Assembly: GCA_965198005.1 (NCBI GenBank)
Contig: CBDAOI010000003.1
Span: forward strand, 384,001 to 448,000
Origin: Spirochaetia bacterium
GTDB taxonomy: Bacteria > Spirochaetota > Spirochaetia > SZUA-6 > Bin103
Length of the DNA stretch: 64,000 nt
Direction: 5' to 3'
Under the pieces are notes generated by a model, which saw only the letters and a program-made list of their open reading frames with translations, was not told where the DNA came from and did not search any database. The position numbers and the translations under genes were made by a program. Positions 18,110 through 27,562 of the stretch are shown here, one piece after another (the stretch's first letter is position 1; each line of letters opens with the position of its first letter).

Positions 18110-19153
18110 TCAGCGGGCGCGGTAGGAGCTCACCTTCTCCTGCACCAGCGCATACGCCCGCGGATCGATCAGCTCGTCGCGGACGTCACTCCAATGGCGG
18201 TCGATGATCCGCTGCCAGTCGCGCTCGAAGGCGCCGGTGGCCTGGTGCACCTTCAGGCCGAACACGGTCATGATTTCCACCGCCTGCTGGTTGAGCGCCT
18301 GCATTTCGGTCCGCAGGTCGCGCGCCGCGGCCCGCGCCACCTCCAGCAGCCGGGGGCGGACATCCGCCGGAATCCGCTCCCAGGTGCGCTTGCTGACCAC
18401 CAGGGCCCCGACCAGGGGCGCGAGCCGCAGGTCATTCATATGGGGCGTGACGCCGAACCATTGTGCATACGCCGCGTGGACAGGCGGGGCCACGTAGGCG
18501 TCGATCATGCCGCTCTGCAGGGCGGTCGCAACCTCGGTCTCCGGCAGGGTAACCACGTCGAAGCCGGCCTGCTGCCACGCCCGTACCATGGCCGGGCTGG
18601 CGTTCCCGATCCACAGCTTCTGGCGGCGCAGGTCGGCGTTGCTGCGCACCGGCTCGCGCGAGAAGAAGTTCACCCAGCCGATCGGCGCCCACATCACCGC
18701 CACGAACCCGCGCTGCTCCAACTCCTGCGCGAAGAACGGCATGGTGGCGTCCAGGATCGCGATCATCTCGTCGTCGGTGCGAATCAGCATCGGCTGCACC
18801 AGCGCGAGCATTCCCGGGTAGATCCGGTCGAATGCAGTGATCTCCATCGCCGCCGCGTCGAGCTGTCCGATACGCATCTTGCGTATGACATCCTCCCCGT
18901 CGCCGGCGATGCCCCCCGGAAAGATCTTGAGCTCTACCGCGCCGTTCGAGACGCGCGCCCACTCCGCGGCCACGTGCTGAAGGACGTCGTCCAAGGGGTT
19001 GTCGGCGCCCACCTGACTGGCCAGCTTGATGGTCAGTCCGGCGGCCATGCCGGCGTTCAGCACCAGGAGGATGGCCCCGGCCAGCGCGGTGCGGGTCAGG
19101 AACCGGCGCCTGATCCGCCGGCCGTGCGATGGAACGCGTGTACTAGTATTCAA
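18110..19153 (-). CDS. dctP: TRAP transporter solute-binding protein (DctP/TatP)
   Basis: IKLAS, SNGAVELKIFPGGIAGDGEDVIRKMRIGQLDAA, ALQSGMIDA. Confidence 0.9.
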   Translation of the reverse strand: MNTSTRVPSHGRRIRRRFLTRTALAGAILLVLNAGMAAGLTIKLASQVGADNPLDDVLQHVAAEWARVSNGAVELKIFPGGIAGDGEDVIRKMRIGQLDAAAMEITAFDRIYPGMLALVQPMLIRTDDEMIAILDATMPFFAQELEQRGFVAVMWAPIGWVNFFSREPVRSNADLRRQKLWIGNASPAMVRAWQQAGFDVVTLPETEVATALQSGMIDAYVAPPVHAAYAQWFGVTPHMNDLRLAPLVGALVVSKRTWERIPADVRPRLLEVARAAARDLRTEMQALNQQAVEIMTVFGLKVHQATGAFERDWQRIIDRHWSDVRDELIDPRAYALVQEKVSSYRAR

Positions 19154-20069
19154 GGAAATGGTCCCCTATGTGATCCAGATACCATCTGGCCAGTCGTTGC
19201 ATGATGACATTCTCCAGCCGCCACTGCGGCATGTCCAACTCTACCGCCAGGGCGGCCTCGAGCAGCGAGCGATATTCAGCCGGGTCCTGGTTGCGTACGG
19301 CAATCGTACCAGCCAGATTAACATAGGGAGTCACCCGGGCGCCACCGGCGAGCGCCACCGCCCGTTCGAAGTGGGCGCGCGCGCGGGCCTCGCTGCCGCC
19401 CATGTTCTCCGGCAGGCCTGCATGGTAGGCGAGCAGCAGCTCGTGGATCGCGCCGGAGCCGTAGGTCTCGTCCCAGCCGAGCAGCAGCTCCAGGATCGCC
19501 TGGACGAGGTGCCGCGTGACTACCAGTTCCAGGTCCGCGGGATCGGTCGCGAGCGCCCCCAGCCAGGCCGCCGACAACCAGTACAGGTAATCGATGCTCG
19601 AGGGGTCGACCAGCTCCAACGCGCCGGTCAGGTCGCCGCCGGCGAACCGTTCGCGGAACCCGGGATGGCGCAGCTCGAGTCCGCCCAACGCGTGCTCGCG
19701 CCCGCGCAGGTAGTGCAGCTTGGCACGCGCCATTTCGGCGGCGCGCCGCGCCACCTCGGGGTTGGGTATCTGCGTCGCCGGGACGTGAATGAAGCCGCGG
19801 GCGTAGGAAGCGTAGGCGCGCGCGGTGGCGAGCTGCAGCGGCGCGTCCTCGGGCTCGGCGGCCACCAGCATCTCGTGCAGCTTGATGGTGAAGGGCAGCG
19901 CCGCGGCCGCGAACTCGGGGTCTTCTTCGCCCGCGAAGACCGCCTGTCCGAGCTCGCCGGAGACCATGTCGGCCACGGTCCGGGTCGCCAGGCGGTCGAG
20001 GGAACAGCCGGTCAGAATGGCGGCGGCGATGCCCAGCACGCCCACGGCGCCGCTCCAGCTAGCCCGCAT
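19143..20069 (-). CDS. tatT: TRAP transporter TatT component (lipoprotein)
   Basis: Lipobox LTGC, EDPEF...ALPF.IK..E, Y..YA..F, GG....A..HFERA. Upstream of dctP-dctQM. Confidence 0.85.
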   Translation of the reverse strand: MRASWSGAVGVLGIAAAILTGCSLDRLATRTVADMVSGELGQAVFAGEEDPEFAAAALPFTIKLHEMLVAAEPEDAPLQLATARAYASYARGFIHVPATQIPNPEVARRAAEMARAKLHYLRGREHALGGLELRHPGFRERFAGGDLTGALELVDPSSIDYLYWLSAAWLGALATDPADLELVVTRHLVQAILELLLGWDETYGSGAIHELLLAYHAGLPENMGGSEARARAHFERAVALAGGARVTPYVNLAGTIAVRNQDPAEYRSLLEAALAVELDMPQWRLENVIMQRLARWYLDHIGDHFLEY

Positions 20070-20104
20070 GCCGACACCAGAATACACCTTTGGACGCGGC
20101 CTCG

Positions 20105-20920
20105 TCAAATCACGCACCGGGCGCAGCGGGGAAACAGGCGCAGGGCGTTACGAGTCGTCTGCAGCTCGATCTGCTCCAGGCCGGTGCCGCGCACCGCCGC
20201 CAGCCGCGCCGCCACGTGGCGCACGAACGCCGGTTCATTGCGCCGGCCGCGCAGCGGTTCCGGGGCGAGATAGGGCGCGTCGGTCTCGAGCACGAGCCGT
20301 TCCGCGGGGGCCGCCGCGGCCACCGCGCGCAGTTCGTCGGAGCGCCGGAACGTCAGCATGCCGCCGATGCCGAGGTAGAAGCCGGCCGCCAGCGCCCAGT
20401 CGGCCGCGGCCCGGCCGGCGCTGAACGCGTGCAGCACCCCGGGCGGCGACGGCACGGTGGCGCGCTCGGCCCAGGCGCGCAGCCGCGCCAGCAGGTCGGA
20501 GGTGGCCGCGCGGTTGTGCAGGATCACCGGCAGCCCGGCGGCGGCGGCCAGATCGAGCTGTGCGTCGAGCCACCGGAGTTGCAGCGCGCGCGCCGGACCG
20601 CGGTAGTAGTCGAGGCCGATCTCGCCGATGGCGACCGTCTCCGGGGCGTGCACCAGCTCTCGCAGGCGCGCCAGCACCTCCGGCATCGGACCCGCCTGCG
20701 CGCACCACAGCGGATGCACCCCCACCGCCACCCGCAGCCCGGGCAACGGCAGCGCCGTCTCGCGGGCGGCCAGCTCCAGCGCGCCGCGCGCGCTGTCGGC
20801 GGTGGTGGCGGGGATGATCGTCCCGGTGACACCGGCCGCCGCGGCGCGCGCGATCACGGCCGCCCGATCGTCGGCGAAACGTCCGTCGTCAAGGTGACAG
20901 TGGGTGTCGATCAGCGGCAT
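20105..20920 (-). CDS. tatD: TatD family hydrolase
   Basis: IDTHCHL, GVHP, AIGEIGLDY, ILHNR, LETDAPYLAP..RGRRNEP. Confidence 0.93.
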   Translation of the reverse strand: MPLIDTHCHLDDGRFADDRAAVIARAAAAGVTGTIIPATTADSARGALELAARETALPLPGLRVAVGVHPLWCAQAGPMPEVLARLRELVHAPETVAIGEIGLDYYRGPARALQLRWLDAQLDLAAAAGLPVILHNRAATSDLLARLRAWAERATVPSPPGVLHAFSAGRAAADWALAAGFYLGIGGMLTFRRSDELRAVAAAAPAERLVLETDAPYLAPEPLRGRRNEPAFVRHVAARLAAVRGTGLEQIELQTTRNALRLFPRCARCVI

Positions 20921-20966
20921 GGAGGCGGTGACGGCGGTGGCGACGTGGTCAGCGAAACACGCGTCG

Positions 20967-22964
20967 TCAGGGTGACGGCGCCTGCCGGCCGGCGCCATCG
21001 GGCGGGTCGTCCGCGGGCAACTCCAGCGCGGCCCGGCGCCGGCGCCGCCAGGCCGCCACGGCTTCCGGCGCGATCTCCGGCGCGCGCCACAGCGCCCAGT
21101 TGAGACAGGCGATCAGGTCGCGCGGCTCCTCGACTCCCACCCCCAGCCGGATCACCCGGCCGACGCCGATCCGGCGCAGCTCGGCGGCGGCGGTGAAGTA
21201 CTCGGAGACCGAGGGATGATGGTTGACCTTGGTCGCCAGCCCGTCGAAGCTCAGCGCGTAGCGGGGCACCTCGGTCATCGCCAGTACGTCACAGAAGTGG
21301 CGGGCCGCGGCTTCGCCGTGATCCGCGGTCGCGGCAGTCGCTGCGGCCGCCGCATCCGGCGCGCCCAGACGCAGGCTGACCATCGACCCCGGCAGCCGGT
21401 AATGGGCGGCGATGGTGGCCGCATCGGGGTGGTCCGGCAGCGACGGGTGGAACACCTGCTGCACGCGCTCGTGGCCGGCCAGAAACCGGGCGATCGCGGT
21501 GGCGGTGGCGCAACGCCGCTCGAAGCGCGCTCGTGCCGCCCCCCAGCCGTCGAGAATGGCGCGCGCCCGGCGCCAGTCGAGGATGCCGCCGCGCATCGCC
21601 TGCAGGTCCATCGCCTCGTTCAGGAGGTCGACGTGGTTGCTGGCGACGTAGCCCCACAGGTCGCGGTCCTGCCCCGCCAGCGCCTTGGTGCCGCTGGCCA
21701 CCACCAGGTCGATGCCGGGCACCTTCAGCAGCGGCCGGCGCAGCCCCCAGGGCGTGGCGATCGTGTTGTCCACGACCACCCGGAGCTGCGCCGCGCCGGC
21801 CGCGCGGGCGCGGGCCGCGACCGCCGCCAGGGCCGGCGGATCGAGGGCGCGCACCAGCGGATTGGTGTAAGTCTCGGTGAACAGCAGCGTGGTCTGCGGC
21901 CGCAACGCCGCGGCCAGCGCCGGCAGGTCGCCGTCGTCCACCAGCGTGACTTCGCCGCCCTGGCGTGCCGCCAGCCGCTGCAGGTAGGACTTGCTCTTGT
22001 TGTACACGCTGCGCGTCACCACCGCGTGACTGCCCGGCTGGAACAGGACGTCGAACGCCAGGGCGCACGCCTGCATGCCGCCGTCGGTGACCAGTGCGCC
22101 GGCCGCGTGCTCCAGACGGCACACCTCGGCAATCAGGCGGCGGCCGGTCTCGGTGCCGTAGCGCGCGTAGGTCTGCGGCAGTTCCGACCATGCTTCGGAC
22201 GAGAGCAGGACGGCGGCCGCCTTGCGCTCCTGCCAGCGGACCAGCGGTTCGCTGCCGAACAGGTCGAGTTGCAGCGTCTCCCCGTCCGGATGCAGGTAGG
22301 GCTGCCGATGGCGGCGCACGTTGGCGTCGATCGCCTCGTGCAGCGCGCGGGTGGCGTCCGCCATCCGGTCGCGCGGCGGCGGCGCGGCCGGCGGCGCCGT
22401 GGCGGGATCGAGGTACGCGTCGAGGGTGATCCCCATCAGGCGCAGTTCATGCTCCAGCACCGGGGTCAGCACGCCCGTGCCGGCGGCGGCGCGCAGCTCG
22501 GCGGGCGACCAGAACCGCGCCGCCTGGAGCTCGTCGGGATGCGGGGAGAACGGGCCGTTGTGGTCGATGCGAAACGTACGGACGTGTTCGGTCTCGAGCG
22601 CGGACCGCCACACGTAGTCGTGCTGCGGAAGCAGGTCGGAACGGGCGAGGGCGAGCCCCAGTTCCTCCTGTGCCTCCCGCACCGCCGCCGCGGCGTAGCT
22701 CTCGCCCACCTCCAGGTGGCCGCCGACCGAGCAGTCCCACTTGCCGGGCTCGAGGTCCTTGGTGCGCGACCGCTTCTGCAGCAGCAGCCGGCCCTGCTTG
22801 TCCCACACCAGGACGTGCACGGCGCGGTGCTCCAGGCCGGGGTCGCCGTGCACCTGGGCCCGCCACACGGTGCCGATCACCCGATTCGCGGCATCGACCC
22901 GGTCCAGCAGCTCGGGCGCCGCCCCGGCCACGGCCCGACCCGGCCGGCTCAGACCAGATCGCAC
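20967..22964 (-). CDS. Nudix (IPP-isomerase-like) domain fused to a Cys/Met-metabolism PLP-dependent enzyme; start uncertain
   Basis: HRAVHV...LQKRS..KD..PGKWD.SVGGH...REAQEELG, then YARYG, ETYTNP, VVDNT..TP and SGTKALAG, all in one open frame. Confidence 0.8.
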   Translation of the reverse strand: MRSGLSRPGRAVAGAAPELLDRVDAANRVIGTVWRAQVHGDPGLEHRAVHVLVWDKQGRLLLQKRSRTKDLEPGKWDCSVGGHLEVGESYAAAAVREAQEELGLALARSDLLPQHDYVWRSALETEHVRTFRIDHNGPFSPHPDELQAARFWSPAELRAAAGTGVLTPVLEHELRLMGITLDAYLDPATAPPAAPPPRDRMADATRALHEAIDANVRRHRQPYLHPDGETLQLDLFGSEPLVRWQERKAAAVLLSSEAWSELPQTYARYGTETGRRLIAEVCRLEHAAGALVTDGGMQACALAFDVLFQPGSHAVVTRSVYNKSKSYLQRLAARQGGEVTLVDDGDLPALAAALRPQTTLLFTETYTNPLVRALDPPALAAVAARARAAGAAQLRVVVDNTIATPWGLRRPLLKVPGIDLVVASGTKALAGQDRDLWGYVASNHVDLLNEAMDLQAMRGGILDWRRARAILDGWGAARARFERRCATATAIARFLAGHERVQQVFHPSLPDHPDAATIAAHYRLPGSMVSLRLGAPDAAAAATAATADHGEAAARHFCDVLAMTEVPRYALSFDGLATKVNHHPSVSEYFTAAAELRRIGVGRVIRLGVGVEEPRDLIACLNWALWRAPEIAPEAVAAWRRRRRAALELPADDPPDGAGRQAPSP

Positions 22965-23530
22965 GCCTCCGGGGGCATCCAGTGATGGTCCCGATTCTTC
23001 CATTTCACATTGCATCCGATCGGGTTGGTCAGGGGCACCGGCACCTCGGCCCCCGCCAGCAGCGCCTCGATCGCATCGCGCAACTCGTGCGAGGTCGCCC
23101 GCTCGGCGGCGAGCGTGTTGTCGTCCAGGCGGCCGGTGTAGCGCAGCCTGCGCGCGCGGTCGAACAGGTAGAAGTGCGGCGTGCGCAGTGCCCCGTAGGC
23201 GAGTGCGGCGCTCTGGTCCTCATCCCGTACGTAGGGGAACCGGAAGCCGCGCTCGGCCGCCCGTTCCCGCATGTGCTCGAACGAGTCGGTGGGGTGGCCG
23301 TCGGTCTCGTTGCTGTTGATCGATACCAGCGCCATGCCGCGCGGCTGATAGTCGGCGTACAGTTGGTTGATGCGCTGTTCGGTCCCGATGACGTGCGGGC
23401 AGTGGTTGCAGGCGAATACTACCGTAAGCAACTCCGCGCCGGCGAAGCTGCCGAGCGAACAGCGCGCGCCGTCCACACCGGGCAGGTCGAAGTCGGGCGC
23501 CGCCGCGCCTAGCTCAAGCGTGAATGCCAT
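22949..23530 (-). CDS. Thioredoxin-like AhpC/TSA family protein
   Basis: APDFDLPGVDG, FACNHCP, YGALRTPHF, Y.GRLDD, IGCNVKW. Confidence 0.9.
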   Translation of the reverse strand: MAFTLELGAAAPDFDLPGVDGARCSLGSFAGAELLTVVFACNHCPHVIGTEQRINQLYADYQPRGMALVSINSNETDGHPTDSFEHMRERAAERGFRFPYVRDEDQSAALAYGALRTPHFYLFDRARRLRYTGRLDDNTLAAERATSHELRDAIEALLAGAEVPVPLTNPIGCNVKWKNRDHHWMPPEACDLV

Positions 23531-23851
23531 GCAGGGTCTCCTTGCTGATAATGGGTAGTGGTGGGTGTGGTATACCGCGAATCGGCCCGGACGTACAATG
23601 CGGGCCCATGGGGCTCGTGGAGGCACGAGGACACCCCGCGCCGGCGGGCGGCGCGCTGCTGGCCCCCCGGCCGCCCGATTCTTGCCGTCCGTGCCCGCCT
23701 ATGCTATGTTCCTGGCGCACTCTGGCTGGAACGCTCGCCATCATTTCATGGTTCACCCTGGACACGAATACAATCTTCCACACCGGACGTGGCCCGGCCC
23801 GCGGGCGCGGGCGCGACGGATTCTGACCCCGGTCGCGTGAGTGGGTATCGA

Positions 23852-25540
23852 GTGAACGAGTCAGCACGGTCATTCCGTCACACGGAAGACCACGAAAACG
23901 GCGCATGCGGCAGTGCACGGTGGCCGCCATCTTCGGACCGGAGCAGCGCAACCCTGTCCGGCGCCGACGCGATTGTGGTCGGTTCCGGCGCCGCCGGCGG
24001 GTGGGCGGCCAAGGTGTTGACCGAGGCGGGACTGAAGGTCCTCATGCTCGAGGCGCGCGAACCGTCGGCCAAGCGCAGCGACTGGAAGGCGGTTTGGTGG
24101 CCCAAACGTCTGTTTCGGCACGCGGCCGGCAGCCAGTCGATCCAGCAGTGGCATCCTACCTACTGGGCAAAGGACCCCGATCTGTTCATCAACGATCGCA
24201 AGTTTCCGTATGCCGCGCCGCCGGACATGCCGTTCGTGTGGATTCGCGGCGGCCGTCCGGGTGGCCGCAGTCTGCTGTGGGGCGGGGTTACGGTGCGACT
24301 GTCGGATTACGAATTCGCCGCGGCTGAGCGCGACGGTTGCGGGATCCCGTGGCCGATTCGCCATCGTGACCTGGCACCCTTCTACGACCGGGTAGAACGG
24401 TTCTGCCGCGTCCGGGGAACCCGTGAGGAGTTGCCGCAGGTGCCCGACGGCAGCTACGACGAAGCCAGCCGCGGCCTCACGGCGGCCGAGCAGCTCCTGG
24501 GAGAACGGATCGCGCACACCTGGGAAGACCGGCGGCTGATCCCCTCGCGCGGCATCGCCGGCAACGCGTCGAGCATCGCCACCACCATCCCGGCGGCCCT
24601 GGCCACCGGACGCCTGACGATTCGCACCGGCGCGGCAGTGAGCCACCTGGTTCCCGGCCGCCGTTCCGGCCGGGTCGGCGGGGTAGCGTTCGTGGACGCC
24701 GCCACCGGGCAGGCGCGGGAAGCGCATGCGCGCCTGGTGTTCCTGTGCGCGTCCACCATCGAATCGGTACGCATCCTGCTGCAGACCGCCGACGAGCATC
24801 CCGAACTGCCGATCACGGAGTCGGACTGTCTCGGACGCTACCTGATGGACCACGTAACGCTCGGCACGGCGCTGGAGATGGACGGCCTGCCCTTCGAACA
24901 GCCCGCGCCGCTGTCCGGGGCGGACTCGTTCCTCATCCCCCGGTATCAGAATCTCCGGACCAGCGAGCGCTACCTGCGCGGCTACGGCATGTGGGGCGCC
25001 ATCCAGCGGGACAGGATCTACGGCCGGCGCGGCCGGCCGGCACGCGGCCAACTCCTGATTCAGGGCGAGATGCTCCCGGATTTCGAGAACCGGGTAACCC
25101 TGAACGGCGTCACCGACCGCAATGGGCTGCGCGGAGTCAGCATCAGATGCACCTGGGGCGAGAACGAACGCGCGATGCACGCGGCCATGACCGAATCGGC
25201 CAACGAAATACTGGCGGCCGCCGGCGGCCGCACCCACCAGTTGTTCAACGGCACGCTCCCCGGCCCCTGGCGCCTGGCCAGCCGCGTCGAACGGCTCTGG
25301 CGCGCAGCCCCACCCGGACTCAACGTGCACGAGGTCGGCGGCGCCCGCATGGGGGCGGACCGGTCGACCTCGGTGGTGGACTCCCGCAACCGCTGCTGGC
25401 TGCAACCCAACGTGCTGGTGACGGACGGGGCGTGCTGGCCCAGTTCCGGCTGGCAGAGTCCAACCCTCACCATGATGGCGCTGACCGCCCGCGCCTGCGC
25501 GCTGGCGGCAGCCGACCTTCGCCGCGGCAACTTGAACTGA
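23852..25540 (+). CDS. GMC family oxidoreductase (start uncertain)
   Basis: IVVGSGAAGG, GGRSLLWG, GRYLMDH, HEVGGARMG, VTDGAC, SPTLTMMAL..RA. Confidence 0.9.
   Translation: MNESARSFRHTEDHENGACGSARWPPSSDRSSATLSGADAIVVGSGAAGGWAAKVLTEAGLKVLMLEAREPSAKRSDWKAVWWPKRLFRHAAGSQSIQQWHPTYWAKDPDLFINDRKFPYAAPPDMPFVWIRGGRPGGRSLLWGGVTVRLSDYEFAAAERDGCGIPWPIRHRDLAPFYDRVERFCRVRGTREELPQVPDGSYDEASRGLTAAEQLLGERIAHTWEDRRLIPSRGIAGNASSIATTIPAALATGRLTIRTGAAVSHLVPGRRSGRVGGVAFVDAATGQAREAHARLVFLCASTIESVRILLQTADEHPELPITESDCLGRYLMDHVTLGTALEMDGLPFEQPAPLSGADSFLIPRYQNLRTSERYLRGYGMWGAIQRDRIYGRRGRPARGQLLIQGEMLPDFENRVTLNGVTDRNGLRGVSIRCTWGENERAMHAAMTESANEILAAAGGRTHQLFNGTLPGPWRLASRVERLWRAAPPGLNVHEVGGARMGADRSTSVVDSRNRCWLQPNVLVTDGACWPSSGWQSPTLTMMALTARACALAAADLRRGNLN
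23863..23898 (+). repeat. Dispersed 5'-end repeat, copy 1 (others at 57488-57542 and 60632-60686)
   Basis: AGCACGGTCATTCCGTCACACGGAAGACCACGAAAA aligns with the other two copies. Confidence 0.75.
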
Positions 25541-25545
25541 GCGGG

Positions 25546-26499
25546 TCAGCCGGGTCGGCCCGCCAGATACGCGAGCTGATCCGCGTCGAGCGCGAGCGCG
25601 GCCGCCCGCTGCAGTTCGGCCAGCCGCTCCGGCCGCCGGGTGCCGATGATCGCGTATACCCGCGGCCCGTGCGCCAGCACGTAGGCCAGCGCCACCTGTG
25701 CCGGGGTGCAGCCGATCCGCTCCGCCAGCATGCCGACTCTGCGCAGGCGCTCGTCGTTCGCCCGGCCGCGGTAGGCGCGGCTCCCGGCGGGCGTGCCCGC
25801 GGCGCGCACCCAGCCGCTGCCGAGCGGTGACCAGGCGAGCACCGCGGTATTGCTCTCCCGGTACTGGCGCAGCGCCTGCGCCCCGGCCCGGCCGCCCACC
25901 GATACGCATCCGGGATACGGTGGCTTGACCCAGACCGGCAGGCTCAGTTGCGGGCTGCTGGCGGCCGGGAGCGGCATCCCCTGCCGCGCCGCCAACGCGT
26001 GCAGCTCCGCAAACCGTTCGTGGGTCCAGTTGGAAACACCGTACGCGCGGATGCGCCCGTCGGCGACGAACGACCAGAGGGTTTCGGCGATCGGCTCGAT
26101 CGGCGCCGGGGCCGCGTCCCGATGCAGGAGATACAGGTCGACGTAGTCGGTGCGCAGGCGGCGCAGCGACCCGGCGAGGTCGCCCTCCAGGTCGCGGCGG
26201 CCGAGGCGCGGGCGTCCGAGCAGTGACGGGTGGCCGCCCTTGCTGATCAGATAGACGCGGTCGCGGACGTTGCGTGCGCGCATCCAGCGGCCGATCACCC
26301 GTTCGCTGCCGCCGAGCTGGTAGAGCGCGGCGGTATCCACCGCACGGATGCCGAGCTCCAGCGCCCGATCCAGGAGCGCGCACGCCGCCGCCCCGCGTAC
26401 CGAGCCGGGCAGCGACGGGGCCCCGGCGGCAAGCTGCGCGCCGCCCAGGATGAGTCGCGCCGACGGTAGCGGCCGGTCCCGCAGCCGCGTCGGTGTCAT
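25546..26499 (-). CDS. Aldo/keto reductase
   Basis: VDTAALY, SKGGHP, LRTDYVDLYLLHRD, GVSNW, AWSPL. Confidence 0.9.
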   Translation of the reverse strand: MTPTRLRDRPLPSARLILGGAQLAAGAPSLPGSVRGAAACALLDRALELGIRAVDTAALYQLGGSERVIGRWMRARNVRDRVYLISKGGHPSLLGRPRLGRRDLEGDLAGSLRRLRTDYVDLYLLHRDAAPAPIEPIAETLWSFVADGRIRAYGVSNWTHERFAELHALAARQGMPLPAASSPQLSLPVWVKPPYPGCVSVGGRAGAQALRQYRESNTAVLAWSPLGSGWVRAAGTPAGSRAYRGRANDERLRRVGMLAERIGCTPAQVALAYVLAHGPRVYAIIGTRRPERLAELQRAAALALDADQLAYLAGRPG

Positions 26500-26580
26500 G
26501 CGCCACCGTGTACGATGATCGGCGAACTATTGCAAGGCGGCGGTGGGTCCGGTCGGTGATGGCATTGCCGCCGACTGCAG

Positions 26581-26676
26581 ATGCAGCCGTTCCTGAGCAC
26601 GGAACTGGAGCAGCGCGGGTTCGTCCCCATCATGTGGGCGCACATCGGCTGGACCCACTTCTTTACCAGCCGGCCG
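26581..26676 (+). pseudogene. Orphan 96-bp fragment of a DctP paralogue
   Basis: MQPFLSTELEQRGFVPIMWAHIGWTHFFTSRP versus MPFFAQELEQRGFVAVMWAPIGWVNFFSREP in 18110-19153. Confidence 0.75.
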
Positions 26677-26769
26677 AGTACGCCGCTCACCGCCGCCGCG
26701 TTTCACATCGCCCCGGCCGCCTTCGAGCGCGTGGTGGCGGCAACCGGACGGTAGCCGACGGACTCCAGG

Positions 26770-27489
26770 TCACTTGAACGCCAGCTCGCCGGCCAGCGCC
26801 AGGCCGAACCCCAGCACCGCTCCGAGCGGCGGCGTCCAGTGGCGCGCCATCCGGGCCTGGGGCGCGATGTCCTGGAAGGTGAGATAGAGGATGCCGCCGG
26901 CGGCGAACAGCATGATGCCGCCCAGCACGGCCGCCTGATCGGCCAGCCACAGCCAGCCGATCGTGCCGCACACCGGGCCGAGCAGCGCGAGCAGCAGCAT
27001 CCGGCGCAGCGCGCCGCCGCGGCGGCCGTGCCCGGCCAGCTCGCGCCAGGCGTTGAAGCCCTCGGGCAGGTTCTGCAGTCCGATCAGCAGCGCCAGCAGC
27101 ACCGCCCCGCCGGCGCCGGCGGCGAGCATCCCGCCCAGGGCCAGCGATTCCGGCAGGAAGTCCGCCGCCATGGCGATGAACTGGGGCGCCGCGCGGCGCC
27201 GCTTCGCCAGGCCGCGGTCGAGCAGCATGAAGGCCGTGCCGCCGGCCAGCACCAGCGCGGTGGCCACCAGCGGCTGCGGCAGGCGCGCGGCCCCTTCCGG
27301 GATCAGCACCAGGGCCACGGCGCCGACCAGCACGCCGCCGCCGAAGGCGATCACGGCGTGGCGAAACTCCGCCTCCAGCCAGCGCGGAACCAGGTGCTTG
27401 ATCCGGGCGATGCCCGCCCCGAGCGGGATGGCGCCGCCGGCCAGCGCCGTCCACAGCAACAGCTCTGCGAATCCTGCGAATCGATCCAT
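26770..27489 (-). CDS. ZIP family metal transporter
   Basis: AFGGGVL.GAV, DFLPESLALG, QNLPEGFN, FAAGGILY..FQDIAP. Confidence 0.85.
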   Translation of the reverse strand: MDRFAGFAELLLWTALAGGAIPLGAGIARIKHLVPRWLEAEFRHAVIAFGGGVLVGAVALVLIPEGAARLPQPLVATALVLAGGTAFMLLDRGLAKRRRAAPQFIAMAADFLPESLALGGMLAAGAGGAVLLALLIGLQNLPEGFNAWRELAGHGRRGGALRRMLLLALLGPVCGTIGWLWLADQAAVLGGIMLFAAGGILYLTFQDIAPQARMARHWTPPLGAVLGFGLALAGELAFK

Positions 27490-27562
27490 GTTGGGCCACC
27501 TCACGGCACCGCCCGGCGGCCGGCGAAGCGCGACCGCACATCGGGCCGTAGTACAGGGCATT

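Noticed and set aside
26496-26690. 64-aa Cys-rich minus-strand ORF
   Set aside because: It is the antisense reading of the dctP fragment.
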